DNA of 64,000 bases. It comes from an uncultured Desulfocicer sp. (lineage in GTDB: Bacteria > Desulfobacterota > Desulfobacteria > Desulfobacterales > SURF-7). The notes beneath the pieces are model-generated. The model was not told where the DNA came from. It saw only the letters and a list, made by a program, of their open reading frames with translations, and ran no database searches. Numbering within the stretch: the first letter of the stretch is position 1; each line of letters opens with the position of its first letter. Location of the stretch: assembly GCA_964437395.1 (NCBI GenBank), contig CAYTGW010000001.1:4153-68152 (forward strand). The letters run 5' to 3'. The position numbers were made by a program, and so were the translations under genes. Below, one piece after another: positions 54,780-62,931 of the stretch.

Positions 54780-55610
54780 GTGTCGTTGAACAAAATTAGT
54801 TACCATCAAAATAAAATTCTTTGGGCTGTGGAGACAAATTCCGGGCTCATCCGATCCCACAACGAGGATTATTATATTGCCCGTCCTGCTTTTGGATTGT
54901 GGATTCTGTGTGACGGCATGGGCGGTCATGCAGAAGGAGCTATGGCAAGCCGGGTTTGTGCTGAGACCATCGCGCATTCTATTATTCAGGGAAAAGATCT
55001 GGAGCAGGCGATTCAGCTTTCTCATGAAGCAGTGCATAATCTGGGAAAACAAGCGACCGATCATTCCGGGCAGCCGTGCAGCACGGTTGCTGTGTTATTG
55101 ATTTCAAAAAGAAAGTGGACAGTTGCATGGGTGGGTGATACACGGGTTTGGTTGTTTGAGAAGAAGAAATTACAGCAGATTACCAGAGATCATACCGTGG
55201 TCCGGAAGCTATTGGACTGGGGTGTTATCACAGAAGAGGAAGCGAAAATCCATCCGGACCGGCATAAAGTAACCAGAGCGATCGGAATCGGAAATGAACA
55301 CCCTGAGATCAGTATCAAGACAGGGGTATGGAATTCGGATCAGGTTTTTCTTCTCGGTACGGACGGAATGGCCTATCGTGATGAACCGGAAATCCTGTTT
55401 AACATACTTATCGATACGGTCAATCCGGATCAGATCGTCGATGAGCTTGCCTATGCTAGCCTTCAAATCTGTGGCAGTGATAACTTTACAATTGCTGTAA
55501 TTGGACGATCCCTGGAAAATCGTTTTATCCAAAATGCTGTGGAAAAAAGCCGGGAGATATGGAACCGACGTTTTAAAATGGGAGGCCTGCTTCAACCGGT
55601 TCATTTTTGA
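54780..55610 (+). CDS. PP2C-family Ser/Thr phosphatase
   Basis: 276 aa, GTG start. RSHNEDYY, LCDGMGGH, GDTRVW and LLGTDGM motifs. Confidence 0.8.
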   Translation: MSLNKISYHQNKILWAVETNSGLIRSHNEDYYIARPAFGLWILCDGMGGHAEGAMASRVCAETIAHSIIQGKDLEQAIQLSHEAVHNLGKQATDHSGQPCSTVAVLLISKRKWTVAWVGDTRVWLFEKKKLQQITRDHTVVRKLLDWGVITEEEAKIHPDRHKVTRAIGIGNEHPEISIKTGVWNSDQVFLLGTDGMAYRDEPEILFNILIDTVNPDQIVDELAYASLQICGSDNFTIAVIGRSLENRFIQNAVEKSREIWNRRFKMGGLLQPVHF

Positions 55611-55645
55611 TCGTTTTGAAATTAGCTCTGGTGAGTAAATTTGAG

Positions 55646-56257
55646 ATGTGTATTTACAGAGAAAAAGAAGAAATTTTACGTTTTTTTCAGAACCAGAATG
55701 TCAAATATCTGGAGCGGACAAGAATCGGGTGGGTACCCCTTCTGGGAATGAACCTGGAGGACACGCCGTATTATATTGAAAATAAAATATTGTTTCAGGA
55801 GCTTTCTCTCCGTTATCAAGAGGATCTCGAAAAAAACAACATGGCACCCATTTATATCAAGCAGGTTAATCGAAAACTTGGCGTAGGCGTTTTTGCTGCT
55901 GAAAAAATCCCAAAAGATTCGTTTATCGGGGAATATACCGGTGTTGTTCAGGTTCCAACCTCCAACGCAGGAAGAGAAATGGGGCACGGGGGGTATGAAT
56001 CCGATTTTTCATGGTATTACCTTGACCAGATTGAGGGCGCGCCTGAGCTTGAGATCAATGGGAGGCTGGAAGGCAATGAAATGCGGTTTGTCAATCACAG
56101 TGAAAACTTCAATGTGGATGTCGAACACACGCTCTTTTGCGGGCACTGGGTTATTTTTTTCAAGGCTGCAAGGACAATTCAGAAAGATGAGCAGCTGTTA
56201 ATCAGCTACGGAGAAAAGTATTGGGACAATGATCTTCGAGAGATTTTGGAAATCTAA
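55646..56257 (+). CDS. SET-domain protein (putative lysine methyltransferase)
   Basis: 203 aa from the ATG at 55646. GVGVFA...I.KD.FIGEYTG, RFVNHSENFN and ISYGEKYW motifs. Confidence 0.75.
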   Translation: MCIYREKEEILRFFQNQNVKYLERTRIGWVPLLGMNLEDTPYYIENKILFQELSLRYQEDLEKNNMAPIYIKQVNRKLGVGVFAAEKIPKDSFIGEYTGVVQVPTSNAGREMGHGGYESDFSWYYLDQIEGAPELEINGRLEGNEMRFVNHSENFNVDVEHTLFCGHWVIFFKAARTIQKDEQLLISYGEKYWDNDLREILEI

Positions 56258-56375
56258 TTCAATTTTACGATCAAGGTGGTATGATTCGTATGCCACTGTG
56301 TCTGCCCTTTGTAAGACCATATATCGTGTCAACATGAAAGCAAATCGGAATCATACCTGAAGATTGCACGAATTT

Positions 56376-57182
56376 TCATTTTAAGGGAATTCGGCCTTGT
56401 TTCACTCCGGGAAAATGAGGACAGGCCTTGAGACAAGCCATACATTCGATCCCGTAATGAGCAAAGAAATTCAGGGTTACTATTTCCATAAAATGGGTCA
56501 TCCGGGCACTCCTGGCGATAAGCCATTTCATTGGACGAAGAAGCTTTTTAGGTGGCATGAGCACATGTTCCAGACAATGAGCCATGCACCGTAGCTTATT
56601 GATGCTGCCGGCGTCCAAGGCCTTAACGGGGCAGTTTCTTGCGCACTTGTCGCATCCGTCCGGACAAATTTTCGAAAAATCCGGTTTATCGGTTTCAGGC
56701 AATTCCAGTGTCGTGATAATCCCTCCTAGTCGCAATACATTGCCGTATATGGGGTGAATCAGCAATGTGTTCTTGCCGAGTTTGCCCAACCCGGCCTCCG
56801 CTGCCGCGTGTTTTAAACTGATCAGGCCTTTGGGTTCTCCTTCATGAAATCGTATGGGACTGTAAGAAGGAATCGGAAGGGAAGGATATCCCGCTGTTTC
56901 CAGAAGAAGGCAGATTTGAATGGCCGCCTCATCCATGGCATGGTAGTAGGTACTGAATGCATTGATATAAAACATGTTGTGTGTCTCCGGTGGGGCTGAA
57001 AAGACGGAAACAGGCAGGGGTTTTGCAAATATCAATACACTCTTCGCATCCCCAAGATAATCAGCCGGCCTGAATCCCATCGGGGCTTTGTGATTCAAGC
57101 TCTCTGCCGAGGCTGCGCCCATCAAAGGAATATGCTTTTGATTCAAAAAAATTTTTATTTGATCCATCAGATTTTGGTGCAT
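56376..57182 (-). CDS. 4Fe-4S double-cluster protein resembling the epoxyqueuosine reductase / reductive-dehalogenase-like family
   Basis: 268 aa. CPDGCDKCARNCP and CMACLKACP clusters, with an N-terminal part similar to QueG-like proteins from memory. Confidence 0.55.
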   Translation of the reverse strand: MHQNLMDQIKIFLNQKHIPLMGAASAESLNHKAPMGFRPADYLGDAKSVLIFAKPLPVSVFSAPPETHNMFYINAFSTYYHAMDEAAIQICLLLETAGYPSLPIPSYSPIRFHEGEPKGLISLKHAAAEAGLGKLGKNTLLIHPIYGNVLRLGGIITTLELPETDKPDFSKICPDGCDKCARNCPVKALDAGSINKLRCMAHCLEHVLMPPKKLLRPMKWLIARSARMTHFMEIVTLNFFAHYGIECMACLKACPHFPGVKQGRIPLK

Positions 57183-57898
57183 GTTGCTTCCTTTCCGGAT
57201 TCGCGGATCCGCTTGACATTTCGATTCATGATGTGTCGAGCCACATGTTTGAACATGGATCTGCGTATTCCCCTCAGATTGGTGCCATGTTGCCGATAAA
57301 AAACATCCGGTGAATCATATAGACCAAGATCCAATACAATGCTTTGGTCTTGAATATAAGTGTGATCGCCTTGCCAGTCTATAGGCGGATTTTGCAGGTT
57401 TTCAGCAGCCACCCCAAATCCGCAGAACGGCCCCTTGAAACTTTGAAATCGGTGCTGGAGGTTTTGAAGATAAGACTTATCCAGGATCAACCCCTCCAGA
57501 TTGATCCAGCGGTTTTGAAAATAAATTTCCGTCCAACTGTGGATAATATGCTTTGGAGCCAGTATATACAACAGACCGTTGATTACCCCTCGTTGAACGG
57601 ATTTATCCACCTTGAAGCCATGAAACCGACAGGGGATTTCAAGTTTTCGGAAAAGCGCCATGGACAGGGATGTTTTGGTATTGCATTGCCCGTATCCGTC
57701 CCCCAGTATACTGCTAGCTTGAATATCGTCTGATTCGTTATATCCAAAAGCAATTTCGTTTTGAACGAAATCATATACCGCCTGAATTTTATTGAAAGGG
57801 TCCAGTCCCTTCCAGCCACGGCTGTCCGAAAGCCGGTTGAATACGGGTTGACTGAAATCCAGAATTCCCGTTTCCTGTAAATATGTCATCATTTCCAT
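57167..57898 (-). CDS. Transglutaminase-like cysteine-protease-fold protein
   Basis: 243 aa. The GYGQCNTKTSLSMALFRKLEIPCRFHGF core (catalytic Cys context), followed by H and D candidates. Confidence 0.65.
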   Translation of the reverse strand: MEMMTYLQETGILDFSQPVFNRLSDSRGWKGLDPFNKIQAVYDFVQNEIAFGYNESDDIQASSILGDGYGQCNTKTSLSMALFRKLEIPCRFHGFKVDKSVQRGVINGLLYILAPKHIIHSWTEIYFQNRWINLEGLILDKSYLQNLQHRFQSFKGPFCGFGVAAENLQNPPIDWQGDHTYIQDQSIVLDLGLYDSPDVFYRQHGTNLRGIRRSMFKHVARHIMNRNVKRIRESGKEATCTKI

Positions 57899-57925
57899 AT
57901 TCCCTCCTGATTGTTTTTGCTAATT

Positions 57926-58711
57926 TTAACAGGACGGACAGGAAATGGCTTGAATAAACCGGTCATTTTTTAAAATATCGGAGGGTGAAAAACCGAACAT
58001 CAGGCGGAAGGTGCGGCTGAGATGAGCAGAATCGGCAAATCCGGAAGCATGGGCTGCCTCGGTCAAAGAAATTCCAGATAGTATATATTTCACTGCTTCG
58101 ATCAATCTCAACCAACGTAAATATGGTCGAATGGGGATGCCGATATTTTTTTTAAAAAGGTGAATCAGGCGTGTTTCAGAAATGGCGAGTTCCGTTGCCA
58201 GCGCCTTGGTGGAAATTTTTTTGATTTCCATTTCCCGCATCAACATCAAGGCGTTCTGAATCCGCGAATCCATAACAACGGGCTCATTTTTTACAAACCC
58301 TAAGGTCGACAGGATATATGTACAGATTTTTTTTGCCATGTCGCAGGTCAACTGTCCGTCACCAGCCAGGCGTGTTAATTGATCCACCTTGCGAGGATCA
58401 AAAAGTGATTCAAGGAAGGTTAAGGGTGATTTCACACTATATGTGCTGCTCAGATGGCGGCCTTCAGTTGATTCGGGTTCAATTAATAGCAGAATATGCC
58501 GGTCTTCATCGCCTTGGAACTGGTGAAATATGTCCGAAGCGATGATGGACGCATGATATAAGCCGGACTTGGATTCATGAATCAATAGAAACGGTTTATC
58601 CAGGGCGATGCATAGTTGGATGGCATGATGCCGGTGAGTGCTGTTATCCCTCAGGTTTCCGATGAATAAAGCAATCCCGTTCCATAAAAATAGTTGCGAA
58701 CAGTCGATCAT
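57926..58711 (-). CDS. AraC-family transcriptional regulator
   Basis: 261 aa with a C-terminal double HTH (LATELAISETRLIHLFKKNIGIPIRPYLRWLRL..A..L.....SLTEAAHASGFADSAHLSRTFR..FG..PS). Confidence 0.85.
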   Translation of the reverse strand: MIDCSQLFLWNGIALFIGNLRDNSTHRHHAIQLCIALDKPFLLIHESKSGLYHASIIASDIFHQFQGDEDRHILLLIEPESTEGRHLSSTYSVKSPLTFLESLFDPRKVDQLTRLAGDGQLTCDMAKKICTYILSTLGFVKNEPVVMDSRIQNALMLMREMEIKKISTKALATELAISETRLIHLFKKNIGIPIRPYLRWLRLIEAVKYILSGISLTEAAHASGFADSAHLSRTFRLMFGFSPSDILKNDRFIQAISCPSC

Positions 58712-59712
58712 TGAGGAATAAAGTCAATTGCTCTTGCTTCTACCATAGTAATGGCTTCTTCCGGACAGGTAATCTTGCATAGCCCGCAGCCAAGGCATTT
58801 ATCAGCGATGACCTGCATGACCGATCCATTGGTCGGAGTGCCTTTTGTTTCAATGGCACTGAAATAACATCGTTCCTGGCAGGTTCCGCAGGCTGAACAC
58901 AGATCCGGATCAATGCTTGCCTGAAATCGGCTCGGGTCACAGATTTTCAGCCCTTCCGTGATAATCAAAGGGAGTGCCTGGCAACAATCGTTGCAGCAAT
59001 TGCAGATAAAGTGGCCTACATGTGCCTTGTTCATGGTCACGTGAACAAGTCCTTTTTCTTCACATTCTCGAAGAATTTTTAATGCCTCTTCCTTGGTGAC
59101 CTCACGGCCGGACCCCCGGTCAATGGAGTATTTTGCGGCATTGTTTACCTGGAGGCATACTTCAAGAGGCATATCGCATTTATGGGCAATAACGCGACAG
59201 GTGCATTTGGTTAAAGCCACGGTATCCGCAGATTCAATGATTTTGTTTACGCTGTCGGCATCCAGTACCTGCTGTTTTCCGGAATCAATGGACTCCTGCA
59301 CCGGTATAACCCTTGTAAACGGTTTGGGGAAAAATTGCTCGGCAAGCCGGGCAAAGCCAGGCCACTCTTCTTCCATAAAGCGCTGCCATAAATCATGATA
59401 TTCCCGGGATGCTTCCGCCCAAAGGATTGTGGCATCATGAAACTGAATCATGTCCCGGCACATTTTATATCCGACTACACCCCCTTTGAATGATTTAAAG
59501 GCAAGTCCTTTGTGATAGAGGGTTTTACAAAGGGACTCGACCTTGTCAAGCGGATGATTGGTTTTTTCTGCCAATTGCTCCGGTGTACCGGGCATGGCCA
59601 TAAGAAGCTCAGCCTCTTCCGTATTGGTGATCATTTCAAAAAGTCTGGGGATGATTTTTGATCCGGTCAGCATGATTTTATCCGTCATTTTTTCGTAAAT
59701 GGTCTTACTCAT
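58708..59712 (-). CDS. 4Fe-4S ferredoxin-domain protein with an N-terminal winged-helix-like region
   Basis: 334 aa. CSACGTCQERC and CLGCGLCKITCPEEAI clusters plus further Cys motifs (CNCCNDCC). Confidence 0.7.
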   Translation of the reverse strand: MSKTIYEKMTDKIMLTGSKIIPRLFEMITNTEEAELLMAMPGTPEQLAEKTNHPLDKVESLCKTLYHKGLAFKSFKGGVVGYKMCRDMIQFHDATILWAEASREYHDLWQRFMEEEWPGFARLAEQFFPKPFTRVIPVQESIDSGKQQVLDADSVNKIIESADTVALTKCTCRVIAHKCDMPLEVCLQVNNAAKYSIDRGSGREVTKEEALKILRECEEKGLVHVTMNKAHVGHFICNCCNDCCQALPLIITEGLKICDPSRFQASIDPDLCSACGTCQERCYFSAIETKGTPTNGSVMQVIADKCLGCGLCKITCPEEAITMVEARAIDFIPQ

Positions 59713-59897
59713 TTCACCCTCCTTGCGCCATTGGATTCCGTGGATCTGACTACACGCTTATCTTCTTGATATTGTTGAGCAAGGACTATACATCATCTTT
59801 GATTAATACACAAGAGTTTTGACAAAATATTCAGCACAAACTCATTCGTTGACTTTATTAAAATTGCATAATAGAAGAGGATGCGAGGAGAATTTAA

Positions 59898-60080
59898 ATG
59901 AAACACAATAAAATGACGATTCGTATGGCTGAATTTTGTAAAAAGTCATGCCCGGTCTGTACCAGGGGTAGAGAAAAAGGGAAGGGTATTTTATATCAGA
60001 TGGTGAGACTGGAAGAAGATCTTTGTCCTGCGTGCAGGTCCTATCGGAAAGTGTATGGAAAATATGCGCATGAAAAATAG
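59898..60080 (+). CDS. Small Cys-rich (CxxC...CxxC) zinc-ribbon-like protein
   Basis: 60 aa. GAGGAG lies 8 nt upstream of the ATG. CPVC and CPAC pairs are 25 residues apart. Confidence 0.4.
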   Translation: MKHNKMTIRMAEFCKKSCPVCTRGREKGKGILYQMVRLEEDLCPACRSYRKVYGKYAHEK

Positions 60081-60152
60081 TCATCGTTGTTTTTGGCGTC
60101 CGACATCGCTTTATCGGCATTAACCTTTTATTCATTACCGGAGTATTTTGTC

Positions 60153-60962
60153 ATGTCTTGCATGTATCCCATAGGAGGGGGCAAGGGGGGCATTGGAAAA
60201 AGCTTTATTGCAGCTAATTTAGGCGTTTTACTTGCCAAACAGGGGAATCAGGTCGTACTGGTTGATCTAGATCTTGGAGGAGCAAATCTTCATACCTTTA
60301 CAGGGATGACCCATGTTAAAATCGGGATGGAAGCTTTTTTAAATAAATCCGTCAAAAATTTGAACGAAGTGGTTGTTCCTACAAACATTCATAATCTTTC
60401 CATTATCAGTTCAGTGAACTGCTCCATGGAGATTGCAAATTTATCTGCCGCTCAAAAGAATAAGGTTATCAATGCTCTGGTGAAACTTCCCTATGAATAT
60501 ATATTGTTGGACCTGGGAGCTGGGACGAATTATAACACGCTTGACTTTTTTCTGTCTTCTTATGAAGGGATCATCACCTTGACGCCAGAGCCTACCTCTG
60601 TTGAAAATGCATTTAAATTCATTAAGGCGCTTTATTTCAGAAAGGTGAAGCAGGTTCTTGGCCAGAATGATTTCAAATTGTATTCTCAGCATATTGAAAT
60701 GAATTCGAATGCTCTTGAGGTTACATCACAGGTGATCGATTCCTTAATGGAAAAAGATCCGGAGAAGGGGAAAATACTTCTTGAGGAACTTCAGAAGTTC
60801 AAGTTTAAATTTGTCATCAATCAATTTCGAAAGACTGTTGGAATTAAGCTGGATAAAAAAATTGAGAATGTGTGCAATAAACATTTTTATTCTGAATTTC
60901 AGTTTTTGGGAAATAGAGAAGCTTCTTCGCTGCAGACCTTAGGCAGTTATGAACGATTATAA
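60153..60962 (+). CDS. MinD/ParA-family P-loop ATPase
   Basis: 269 aa from the ATG at 60153. Deviant Walker A GGGKGGIGKS and VVLVDLDLGGANLH. Confidence 0.8.
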   Translation: MSCMYPIGGGKGGIGKSFIAANLGVLLAKQGNQVVLVDLDLGGANLHTFTGMTHVKIGMEAFLNKSVKNLNEVVVPTNIHNLSIISSVNCSMEIANLSAAQKNKVINALVKLPYEYILLDLGAGTNYNTLDFFLSSYEGIITLTPEPTSVENAFKFIKALYFRKVKQVLGQNDFKLYSQHIEMNSNALEVTSQVIDSLMEKDPEKGKILLEELQKFKFKFVINQFRKTVGIKLDKKIENVCNKHFYSEFQFLGNREASSLQTLGSYERL

Positions 60963-61599
60963 GAAAATGAATTATTACGAAGTTCTTGAGGTTCCGGTCA
61001 ATGCCTCTTTTTTCGAGATTAGGCATGCATACAAGGAAGCGCTTTCCGTATATGGGGAAGATTCCTTGAGTACATATTCCTTGTTTTCCGAAGCAGAGAG
61101 AGAAACGCTGCTCAAAAAGATTGAGGAAGCATTTCAAACGTTAATGGATGAGAAAAAACGGTCGGATTACAACAATCAGCTTGTTAAGAATGGAGAAGCT
61201 GATCCTGATGATCTGTTTCGGGATTCTAATAAAAACTCCATACCGATTTTTCTGGCGCACAATGCAGTAGATAAAAATTCTTTTTTTAAAAAAGTGAAAA
61301 AAAAAGTCGGGGAGAGCAGTATTCAGAAGCTTTCCAGGGAAATTCTGGAAACAGAACTGATTGCGGGCCAGGACTTGAAAAAGCTGAGACAAGCAATCGG
61401 AATTAAACTGGAGGATATCTTTGAGGTTGCTCGAATCAGCATATCGATTTTGAAAGCGATCGAGAATGATGACTTTCAAAACCTGCCATCCCTGATTTAT
61501 CTTCGAAATTTTTTAAAGTCATATGCTGAAATTCTTCATCTTGATCCGGAAAAAGTGGCTGACAACTATATCATAAACATTTCTCTTCTGCAAAAATAG
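60949..61599 (+). CDS. J-domain-like (HPD-less) protein with a C-terminal RodZ-type HTH
   Basis: 216 aa. NYYEVLEV...AS..EIRHAYKEA without an HPD tripeptide. The C-terminal LKKLRQAIGIKLEDIFEVARISISILKAIEND resembles the RodZ/Xre HTH. The start overlaps the end of the ATPase gene. Confidence 0.6.
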   Translation: MNDYKKMNYYEVLEVPVNASFFEIRHAYKEALSVYGEDSLSTYSLFSEAERETLLKKIEEAFQTLMDEKKRSDYNNQLVKNGEADPDDLFRDSNKNSIPIFLAHNAVDKNSFFKKVKKKVGESSIQKLSREILETELIAGQDLKKLRQAIGIKLEDIFEVARISISILKAIENDDFQNLPSLIYLRNFLKSYAEILHLDPEKVADNYIINISLLQK

Positions 61600-61608
61600 A
61601 AATGGGCC

Positions 61609-62067
61609 ATGATGAAAACAAAGGGAAACATTATTTTTTTTTGCTTTATACTGGGATTCGTTTCTTTGTGTACAGGGTGCGCCCATGGCCCGGCAAGACA
61701 CCACACTCTTGGGTATTACAAATATGCCGGATCTGAGTTTACAAAACGATCCTCTTTGCCTGTTATACCCCTTGCTTTGATAACAGGTCTTGCAACAGAC
61801 GCTGTATTGATTGTTGCAGATACAGCCATAACTCCAGTCGCAGCGTGGATCGTTCCCGGGGTGATCGTGAAGGTCAGTCCAGATGAAGAAACCAACAATA
61901 TGGCAAACCTGCTGATTCCGACTTATCCTTTAACTCTTGCCAATATTGGTGCAATGGGATTAGGATCAGGTACAAAAGAAGAGTATGAAGAGATTTTTGG
62001 CTATGAATCTTCTCTGTTTCAGGCCGGGCTATCAGATCGTGCTGCCGGAAAGCAGGAATCCCCTTGA
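61609..62067 (+). CDS. Lipoprotein, function unknown
   Basis: 152 aa with a signal peptide carrying the lipobox LCTGC. Confidence 0.6.
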   Translation: MMKTKGNIIFFCFILGFVSLCTGCAHGPARHHTLGYYKYAGSEFTKRSSLPVIPLALITGLATDAVLIVADTAITPVAAWIVPGVIVKVSPDEETNNMANLLIPTYPLTLANIGAMGLGSGTKEEYEEIFGYESSLFQAGLSDRAAGKQESP

Positions 62068-62285
62068 GAGGTTTTTTTAATTGATAATATAAAGGTAACA
62101 GGGTAAAGTTTAGACATATCTGCCTCTGCCTTCTTTCAAGGCTCGTACGTTATCAACAAAAAGGGTTGTTATTGTTTTTAGAGTCTTTACAGGATGTAAA
62201 CAATTTTAACAGTTTAATTTGTTGCAGTCTGGCTATAATATTATTATCGTATTGATATAACGATTGATTTAAGTCATGCCCTGAT

Positions 62286-62301
62286 TGGCATCGGTATTGC
62301 T
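62286..62301 (+). promoter_or_regulatory. Candidate sigma54 (-24/-12) promoter
   Basis: TGGCATcggtaTTGCT against the consensus TGGCAC-N5-TTGCW, with correct GG/GC spacing (62287 and 62299). It lies 86 nt upstream of the CBM48 gene ATG. Confidence 0.5.
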
Positions 62302-62386
62302 GTTTCTGAATTCGTATTTATATCGTAAAAATACAGATGCCATCGGGAAACTGGAATGGAAAACAAATCATTTAACAGGAGGTATT

Positions 62387-62677
62387 ATGTCCAAGAGTGG
62401 CAGTAAACAAAGCATGAAACAGAAAAAAGTAACTTTTAAATTTGTAGCACCTGATGCTGAAAATGTATCCCTGGTCGGTAATTTTAATGATTGGGACAAA
62501 TCCAAACATCCAATGAAAAATGAGGGTAATGGAGTCTGGTCAAAAACAGTAACCCTTGGCTATGGAGTCCACCAGTACAAATTTCTGGCAGATGACAAAT
62601 GGGTTGAAGATCCGAACAATGAAAAATTGGCTCCTAATGAGTTTGGAACCCTGAATAATATCCTTGATGTGAAATGA
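62387..62677 (+). CDS. Stand-alone glycogen-binding module (CBM48 / AMPK-beta-like early-set domain)
   Basis: 96 aa from the ATG at 62387, after AGGAGG. V.F.F.AP.A..V.LVGNFNDWD...HPM......GVW...V.L..G.H.YKF..D..W..DP.N pattern. Confidence 0.75.
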   Translation: MSKSGSKQSMKQKKVTFKFVAPDAENVSLVGNFNDWDKSKHPMKNEGNGVWSKTVTLGYGVHQYKFLADDKWVEDPNNEKLAPNEFGTLNNILDVK

Positions 62678-62931
62678 TTGGGCTTTATGAATTCAATTTT
62701 CTTTCTATCCTGAAGTGAATTTCTTTCAAATAAGGGTTAGAAAAACTTGAAAATCTATTCTGGAAGGAGAGTATTGTCAAAAAATTAAATCCGCATTTTT
62801 TATTTACAGGAAAAGCCGGAATCAGAATGGATTTGATAAAAAGTCGATATATTTCATAATGTTAGATGTTGATTCTTGAAAACAGAAATTCGTCATTTTT
62901 TTACGAATCGAATAAGTTTCAGGGCTTTGTT

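Noticed and set aside
55607-55645. The TTG start at 55607 for the SET-domain gene, overlapping the PP2C stop.
   Set aside because: The first 13 codons coincide with the dispersed 18-nt repeat copy. The ATG at 55646 gives a protein starting just before the conserved region.
60900-60962. A possible frameshift truncating the MinD/ParA gene, because its C-terminus ends earlier than expected.
   Set aside because: The other two frames hit stops within a few codons (for example IEKLLRCRP*), so no longer product can be restored. I kept it as annotated and noted the short end.
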